A stretch of 26,400 bases of DNA from a virus (lineage: Duplodnaviria > Caudoviricetes), in the IMG/VR virus record IMGVR_UViG_3300009495_000062, positions 1 through 26,400 of that record; one strand, 5' to 3'. The translations under genes were made by a program, and so were the position numbers. The notes under the pieces were generated by a model. That model had not been told where the DNA came from and searched no databases. It saw only the letters and a list, made by a program, of their open reading frames with translations. This document shows positions 6,734 through 15,700 of the stretch, piece after piece; within the stretch, counting starts at the first letter, position 1; each line of letters begins with the position of its first letter.

Positions 6734-9700
6734 TAGATCCAGAACCCGCATTTCTAATGAAAGCATGCTCTGGGGAAGTCCCTGCCGCAGCGAGACTCAC
6801 GCCACTGTCGTTATATGCTAGTTTTAAGTTATCACCATAATGGCCAAAGTTTTCTAGTATAGGTATTCTTGATGAAGCACCTGCGTTAGTAACAACATCA
6901 CTACTGTTATGCGCTACTGCTGGTGTTCCATATGTTCCTCGAGTACAGTAACGCAAAACGTTTCCGTCTTTTGCACCATATTCAATTCTTTCATTTCCGA
7001 TCCAAACTGCACCGCTATTGTCTAGTATTGATGCGTCTGTTACTTGTAATTCGTTATCATTAACTGTCACTGCAGAACTTAATGTTGTTTGTTTTGCAGT
7101 TTCAATAACTGTACTCTCGTATGTGTTATACTGTTCCCAGATATTCATACGGAACGAACGTGTATCAGTAGTTTCTGTAGATCCACTAGTATTAGTTTGT
7201 ACTAGTACACTGATATTTTCATGTACATCCATTGGATAAAGTTCATTTCCCCAACCCTCTGTTACTGCCTGTTGGAAAACATTGCCGTCATAAATGTATT
7301 CAATATCGCCATCAACTGTAGTAAAGGTTATTTCATCTGTATTATCTGGTGCTGTAGCAAATGTGCCGCCAGTTAGTATAGTGTCTCCTTGCCAATCTCT
7401 TTCAGTATGATCTTCATATTTCATTGTAATAACATTATTGCGACTTACTTCAGTAATTTGGTTTTCCCATGAATCAATATGCGTATTACGATCTGCTGTA
7501 CTATGTAACTTAGTATGGAATGGCTTAATACTATTAAAAAAGTCTTCAACAACATTTACATTATAATTTGCATATTTTTCTTTACTTGTAAGTAATGGGT
7601 GCTCGACATTTAGTTTTACAAATGTAGTTTTAAATGCAAAATCGTCTGCTGTGTTATCAGCAATTGCTTGATACAAACATTTAAACCATAGTTTATTATA
7701 TTTAACTTGATGCCTTCCAACAAATATATGAGATCTTAAACCATCAAATATACTACTTAAAATACCATCAACTGAATTATCAAATCCGTCTGTATCAAAT
7801 CCACTCATATCATAACCCAGACCAAACTTTTGTGAATTCCAAAGTTCTTCGCTTAGTTGAATTGTACCTTTAACTTTATGTTCAAGTACCCATTCATCAT
7901 TAACTCGGCTATAGATTTCAGGTCTGTTAATACCATCGTTGTGAATAACTGTTGTAATTTTTAGTGTGTCGCCATTTACATACGGGAATGGTTCGCCTAA
8001 TAATCCCAATAATACACTTTTATCATCTGATGTATATTTTGTAGGAATACTAGTATTGTACATATATGTTAAACTATCATTGTTGTCATATGTTCTTCTA
8101 ACATAATCACTATAATTCCAATATGGTGATAAATCATATGTTACTGATCCTTCCACATATGTTTTCTCCATAACAGTTTCCCATGCATCTCCGCCATCAG
8201 TTAATGGAATGTCTGCAAGTAAGCTATTGGCAGTTTCAACAAAGTTTTGTCTTGCGATTGGAAGATCACGTACCAAACTTTGTCTTGGTCTTATTAAGTG
8301 TCCATAGCGATTATAAGGATGCAAGTTTAAGTCTGGTAATGCATGTGGACGTAACACATCAATATCCGATTCAGGAGTACCATCTGGTAAACTATAATCA
8401 TAAATCTTAGACCATTTTGGAATGGCGGCATTAGGAGATGGAGTGTTTCCACTATTTCCTTCTAATAGATTAATATAAAAACTACCGTTGTAATCTACTA
8501 CTGCATTTAATGCATACACTGTACTATTCAGCCATGGTGTATATGAATATCTTTCAGTATGTTTATTATATCCAGTTAAACTATCACGCATCTTAATATG
8601 TAACTGCTCTGGTATAATACTAGTAGGATCATTTTCTGACAACAATGTCCATTCACTTAGTGAAAGTGCGTTACTATCTATACGTTGATTAATTTGCACA
8701 ACTGTATTATCTGTAATAGCTAAGTCAACATTAGACAACAGTAATTCATTTGCGCCTGCGGCAGCAGCCCAGCTAATATTAAATGCACTTGGATTTTCTA
8801 AAAGTCTAGCCAACTGATACGTGTTATAGTTACGTTGTGCAGAGTTATTTTGCTTTAACTTAACCCAGAAGAAATAACTGTTTTCTGTACGCTTTGTTTT
8901 ACTATTGTAGACTTTCTCTTCAGTCCAGCTATAAACAGTTTCATTATCAATTTCAACACTTAGTGGAATACCACTTGCCAAGTTTCCATCAATATAACCA
9001 TTTCGTTGAACAAGATCTAACCATTCTTCAGGTGGAACACTACTGCGTGTCCATTCATATACATCAATACTAGCACCATCAAACAATCTAGCCCAATATG
9101 CTTGTTTATAATCAATACTACTTTGTTCATAGTCAATATACACAGAAGTGTTAATATCCCACCAACGCAATCCAACTTGTTCAGATGCCCAAGACTTTGT
9201 ATTTTCTGTAAACCCATCAATCGTATTGTAATTGTAACTTGCAATGTCTGCTGTTAAGATAAAGTCAATCTCTTCCTCAATAAATCCTGGAATAATGCCT
9301 TTAGCTGGATCAAATATCTCAAGTTGTGTAATAGTGCTTCTAGTATAAGCATCATAAAGTTTCACACTTTCAATAAGATCATTACGTGCTTGTGGACTAC
9401 TTTGTCTAACTTTAACCCAGCCATTTCCAGTATGCCCGGTGCTGTTAGTATAATTACCGTCCCACTTGTAAACTGAAGGGTTACCGTTTCCATCGTCGTC
9501 AACAAAAGCATACTTTGGAGCTTGTTGATTGTTTTGTCTATATCCATTAAAGTTATATTTGAAAACATCATTTACTTTAGTATTGGTATTATTGTTAAGT
9601 GTATTATAGTCTGCGAACCTAACATTACGTATTGGATAAACATTACCAACATTGCCTTCATCCTGGATATATTCATCAATATAAAATGTAAGTATATTTC

Positions 9701-12700
9701 CAGCAGCAGTATCAGTAACACGATGTATTCCATCAATACTAGGAACTGTATTACTGCCTGTAATAAACACATAGTCATCAGCTGAAAGATTGTGTGCCTG
9801 TACATTTCCATCACTAAGTTTAACTGAGATCTGTGCATCGTCTGCATCGTTAATACCAGCACATGCTTTAGTAATACTCATACCAAAATCCATTGTTTGA
9901 TATACTGCATATCCGCCATTGCTGTCATTGTCATCAATATTATCAGCTAACCAAATACTAAAAATATGTGGATCATTAGTCATTTCTTGGAAAACTTGAT
10001 TACCATCACTTCCTACAAACGCATTAAAGACGTTACTTATTTCAGTTTGAGTAGCACTAATAGTCTGTGCAGTTACACCTAGTGTTGTGTTTGCAGTACC
10101 AGATCCTATAACTAATGTTGAGTTAGTGCTGGTAAGTTTAAGTCTATTGTTACTATTACTAGCACCAACACCAGTAATTGAAGCGTTATTAATAATGTTA
10201 ATTATTGAATTAAGATCTACAGTAGATGCAACAGTAGTAGTTGTTAGTGGAGCGTTAGTAATACCAGTAGTCAATCCAATTACAGAATTGGCAGTACCTG
10301 TACCAATATAAAGTGTTTCATTATTGCTATTAAGTTGTAGAACATTATTATTTGCACCACCAACTTGTGCTGTGACACCAGTAATATCTGCGTTGTTGAT
10401 TGCATTAACAACTTGCGTTATAGTTAAGTTTGGACTATTTGCTGTAATTGTGCCACTACTAGTTTCAGTAGTAGTCCCAACTGTGCTAAATCCAACTTCA
10501 GCATTTGCTGTGCCAACACTAATTGTTAATGTAAACTCAGTACTTGGTGTTGTAGTTGTTTTTGTAATAGTAAGTCTATTATTACTGTTACTTGCTGTAA
10601 TATTAGTAATATTTGCATTGTTGATACGTTCAATAATCTCAGTTAAGTTATAAGTCTTAAACACTGTGCCTGTTGTAGTAGAAACAATTGTACTTGTTGC
10701 AAACACTGTGCTACTGTTAGCTTGTAGCCAGTCTCTAATTGCTTCTGGTAATGCACTGTCATCCAAGTCAGTTTGTGCACTACTAATGTTTGCTGGAGTT
10801 ACAGTTTCAGTGCCAGCAATTACACTAGCGGCATTATATGTTGTGCCAATACTCTTGTTTACTAAGTCAACATCACTTGTAATAAGATCATGAAGTTCTG
10901 ATTGGTAAGATGGAGCCGGACTAGCATCTAACGCTAACAATACTGTAAATTCTAAACCAACTGGCGAATTAGCAAAGTAATCTGTTAGCACTGTTTCCCA
11001 AGCTGATTCACTGGAAGACGCAATATATGCTGTTCTAAATGCTTCAATACTTTGTACTCTATTAGTTGCAACCTCTGCCCGTGTTGCAGATGTATTAACG
11101 CCAGATTCAAATGCATCAAAGAACATTTGCTCAAAAGCAGCTTGTGCTGTAACATTACTATTAAGAGTTTCTGTTTCATCAAACTCTACAGTTGTATTTT
11201 CAATAATTAAAGTACTAGTTGCACTACCTTCAATTTGTGGACTTATAATATCACCAACAATATTAATGTCGTTATAAACTGTACTAGTAGTTGTGCTGTC
11301 AAATGTAATAGTTCTAGCGTCTGCACTAGATGACCCTAATATAAGTGTCGAATTATCAGTAACAACGTTAGTATCGCCAATATTAGATGTTCCTGTTTTA
11401 TTAATAATACCAAATGTTGTAGTATTTGTTGACTGCTGTAAATTTACTGTCGTTCCATCAATAATAAGAGTTTGTCCTGTGTTAGGAATAACCGGAAGTG
11501 TAACAGTAGCAGTAGTTTCAATAGGATCATTTGGTTTGGTTAGTCCACTTGTGCCATCAGGATCAAGCATCTCCCAAACACGACCTGCATATATTACTCG
11601 ATCTTTATATTTGTATGCTGTCTTGTTGTCCCACTGTTTGATATCTTTCCATTCTCCGTTAAAACTATATGCTTCTTTAACTTCGTTAGGGAATTGTGCA
11701 AAATCGCTTTTGTTTAGCACACGATAGTCTGTTTCAGTTAATAACGGAAGCCCGGCTGTAACAAAATCATTTGCAAATATTTCTTCTTCTGAAATAGTTG
11801 TATAGTTAAACGTTTTTGCTGCTCTAGTTGTAAAATTATTTCCAGGTGTGCCATTAACTAGCAATGGGCTATTAAAGTCTACATCAATGACAATGTCACT
11901 TAGTACGTCATTAAATTCTGTTGCACTAAAACGTATAGGCTGTGGATTTGTTTTTAACAAGTCTTTTGTAACTGCAAACTCTAATGTATTTTTGTTACGG
12001 ATATCACCATAATCTGCTGTTCGTATTGCCCACTCTTCGTGTACTGTTGCAGTTGACATTGTACCAAATAACGCTGTATTACGCATAAATGCATTTAGTG
12101 CATGTCGAGTACCTTTATACTTTCGAGTACCTTTAACAAAGTTGAATAGGGTATCATCGTCTAAGCCAACAATATCATTCCATTCAGGCTTGTTGTAGCC
12201 AGAATTAAATCTTGCAACATCAACTTGCTGTTGGTTACTTAACGTATTGCCAGGACCATAATATTGGTCAATCTCATTGGCAACTGTATCAAAGTTAGGT
12301 ATAACACTGTTTCCATTTATAATGTATCCTGGTGCAAATAATTTACCATTCCAATTTTTACTTCGGCTCCCTCTCCATATAATCCTTTTATGGCGGATGC
12401 CAAGAGCTGGATTATAAATTAAATCATCAAAGTTTGACTCATTGTCAATAACCATTACATGTTCTACTTCAACACGATATAATCTAACTCCATATATTTC
12501 TGTACCAGCAATTGCTTCTACTATGGTTGTACCATCGTCTTCGCCAATTACATCACGAGTTATAATAAGTTTAGTGTTTAGTATCTGTATGCCAGACTTT
12601 CCAACTACATTGTACTGTCCATCAAATTTATTATTGACGTTGCTAAAGTATCCGTTAGATGTTTCGTTAATTTCTATTTTAGTAACACTTGGTATAGCAT

Positions 12701-15700
12701 AGTGTACACCATTTAATTTTGCAGTTTCAGACCAAATAACTGTACTTCCTGCCGCAGTGTTCCATGATGGTTTCCAGCCTTGGCTTTCTAAATATAAACC
12801 ATATCCAATTATAAATTCATATAAGTCTTGTATAGTATCTAATACAGTATTATAATCTAATGTGCTGGTAGTACTTTCATGATATTTGTATTTGCTAACT
12901 CTTGTATTACCAGCATCAACCATTACCACACCAGCATCTCGTTTTGGCTTAAAGTATGTAAATGTTTGTTTAGTGGTATCATAACCTGATATTTGGTAAC
13001 CATTAGCTGCTTTTGTTATTTTAACAGCACCAAAGAACAGTTCTTCTTTTGGTTGACTTGTGTATAACACAGTGTTAATGTTTTCTTCTGGTACGTTAAC
13101 ACGACCTTTGTCTTGACTACTCTCAAGAATAATCTCTTGGTTATTGCTAATAAATCCGCCAGCTTTGATCATTGGATTAATAGCATAGTTTTCAAAACGC
13201 TTACTAATAGTTGATACTGTAGTATTATTATATTGTGCAAAGTTAACTACTGCATTGTTTAATCCAGATATATAACGTTTTGCACCAGAAGCTAATATTA
13301 CGCTAAATGTTGCAGACCCACTATCAACATTAATTGTTGGTACTGTTTGATAATTTCCACCTGGGTTTGTTACTGCAACTGATGTGACTGCGCCGCCACT
13401 TACTGTTGCTTGCAATTCTGCACCGCTACCAAAATTACTAAACACACTAAGAACTGGTGAACTTGTGTATCCGTTACCACCGTCTTTGACATTAACTAGT
13501 TCTATAATATTATCACTATAGTCTGAATTAGATAGCTTTACTAACTTATTATTTCCTAACATTAACGTATCTTCATATATACGGTGTTTTGTATCAAAAC
13601 TTCTTACTGATCTTACTTTACTGCGGAAATAGTCGTTTGTTATCTTTAATGGACGCAATTTAAGTAATGCATAAAATAATGCAAGTTTGTAGTTACTTGT
13701 TTGGCGCCAGTTATTTTCAATAGTACCCCAATCGCCAAATACAAATGCACGAGCTGGATCAGACGGCGCTGACACAACATTTGCTGTTACTGGATCGTTT
13801 AAAACTCCTCCTGTAGTTACAAGTGTATCTGTTTGCCAATCATAAGCACTATATGTAAATGTTAAATTGTATTTTTTTGGACTCAAAGCTGGATCATTTG
13901 TATGACCAGATTCTAACGCAGCAATAAATGCTGTACGCTTAGTTGGGTTTGTCCAACTATAATTTGCATCCCACCATGTAGGTTTAGTGTTATAACCCAT
14001 CATTTCCCAAGGGTGTGTGTGCGGACGATCGGTATTAAAATAGTATGTGTATAGTCCTCTCCAGCCGCCAATCTTTGGACCTACTGAATTATAATTCCAA
14101 GTAAACTTGTCGCTTGCACTGTATTGACTAGCATCATGTAAACTAGTAACATTGTTTTTAGTTTTCCATTTGTTAAAGGTACTACGCAACGCTTCAGTTA
14201 AATCTGCCCAATTATATCTGTTTGGGCGACTTGCCAAAGGCATATTCTTTTTGTAGTTTACAGTTGAAACATTATCCAAGTTATTGAATACTCGAGTTTC
14301 AAACTCAAATAATACAGCATCTTCAATATTAAAGCCTACTGCATTTCTATTATACAATTCAGTACCCTTGCGAGCGGTTATTGATCCATCGTGTCCATAT
14401 ATTGAATCTGCATCTACTTCAACATTGTACTTGTCTAATAGTCCTAGTTTAACTGCACTAGGTGGAACAAAGCTCGGACTAGTTAGTGGATACCATCTAA
14501 TTTGAACTAATGCTGAATCGTTACTATCAAAGGTTGGAGTAGTAGTAATAGTTAGTTGATTTTGAGTAAGTGTGTAATCTTGATCTTTTACTAACGCTCT
14601 CCATCTAGAATTTCCAGAACCATCATTATCACGTATACTTACTTGTATATGATTTTTAGTGTCTTCATAAGTGTTAACAGTTTGTGGTAAATTAAAAACT
14701 GCGCTCATTGATGAAGTCCACTGTCCGTTAAATTCCTCATACTCTTTGTATTTTAACATTTCACTGTTAGCGAAAATGTCATTACGATTTTTACCAATGT
14801 TTATACTAGCTAATACTTCGTCCACTAGTGAAATTACACTAACTGTACTGTCGAGAGTATTATGTAACTGTCGTGCTTTCTGTATAAATTGTCGCTTAAA
14901 ATTGCTGTAACTATCTATTGCAAACTTTAAACTATTAAACATATTAGTATCAATAAACATTGATGTTTGATTTAACAATTCTGTCGAGTATGGCTGTTGA
15001 CGGATAGTACCACCAAATTCATGTATATGTGGTAAATGTCGATAGTTGTTTACACCAAAAAACTCACCATTAAACCCAGGTATACTTTGCATTTGTTGTT
15101 GCATATGAGACAACACATCACCAAAACTAACATCAGTTAGTGGTTCATTTTGTGAATTTAATAAATGTGTGTCAGCAGGCATGTCTGTGCCTTGCTTAAT
15201 ATTGTCGTTAGTGTGCCAAACAACATCAAAAAGATCATCAATTGCAAACCCGCTAGGAATAGTTATTTTGTTATTAGCTAAAGTATATACAGTAAACGGT
15301 TCTCCGTTTTTAGTAATTGTCAAGTTATCAGGTATTGAATCACTATTCACATATATCAGACCACTTACAGTGTTATCACTAACAAGTCGGTACATAATTG
15401 TTTCATCTACAAACGAGTCAGTTACATTTAGTGTGCGACTATTCCCTGTAGGTGTGCCAAGAGTAACGTTAGTTAATGCTGTGCCATCAGGGTTTACAAA
15501 TTCTAAATCAGTAATATCAAAAATTGTTGATATAGTATATGTTTTAGTTCTATCAACAAACAATACTGGATTCAATCCGTTTAAACGATGAGGTTCTGCT
15601 GTAGCGTGTGTACTATTCCACTGAAACACTTGTATTTTATTATTACGTTTTGATATCTTAAATGTATCAGGTGCTTCAATGTCAGATGTTCCAATATCAA

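Noticed and set aside
6707-6766. The track's longer N-terminus (MLSLEMRV...) for the 219-aa ORF, and the TTG starts at 3658 and 26296
   Set aside because: Better-supported starts exist at 6706 and 3652, and the 26296 frame remains open to the window edge.
6895-6925. AHNS in the giant protein resembling an intein C-terminal HN/S junction
   Set aside because: It is part of the RG..GT.A..H structural module. No intein N-terminal block or homing endonuclease motifs are seen.
10060-10655. A bacterial flagellin/FliD gene
   Set aside because: Only the IN-type motif is present, with no flagellin N- or C-terminal helical domains, and the context is entirely phage baseplate.
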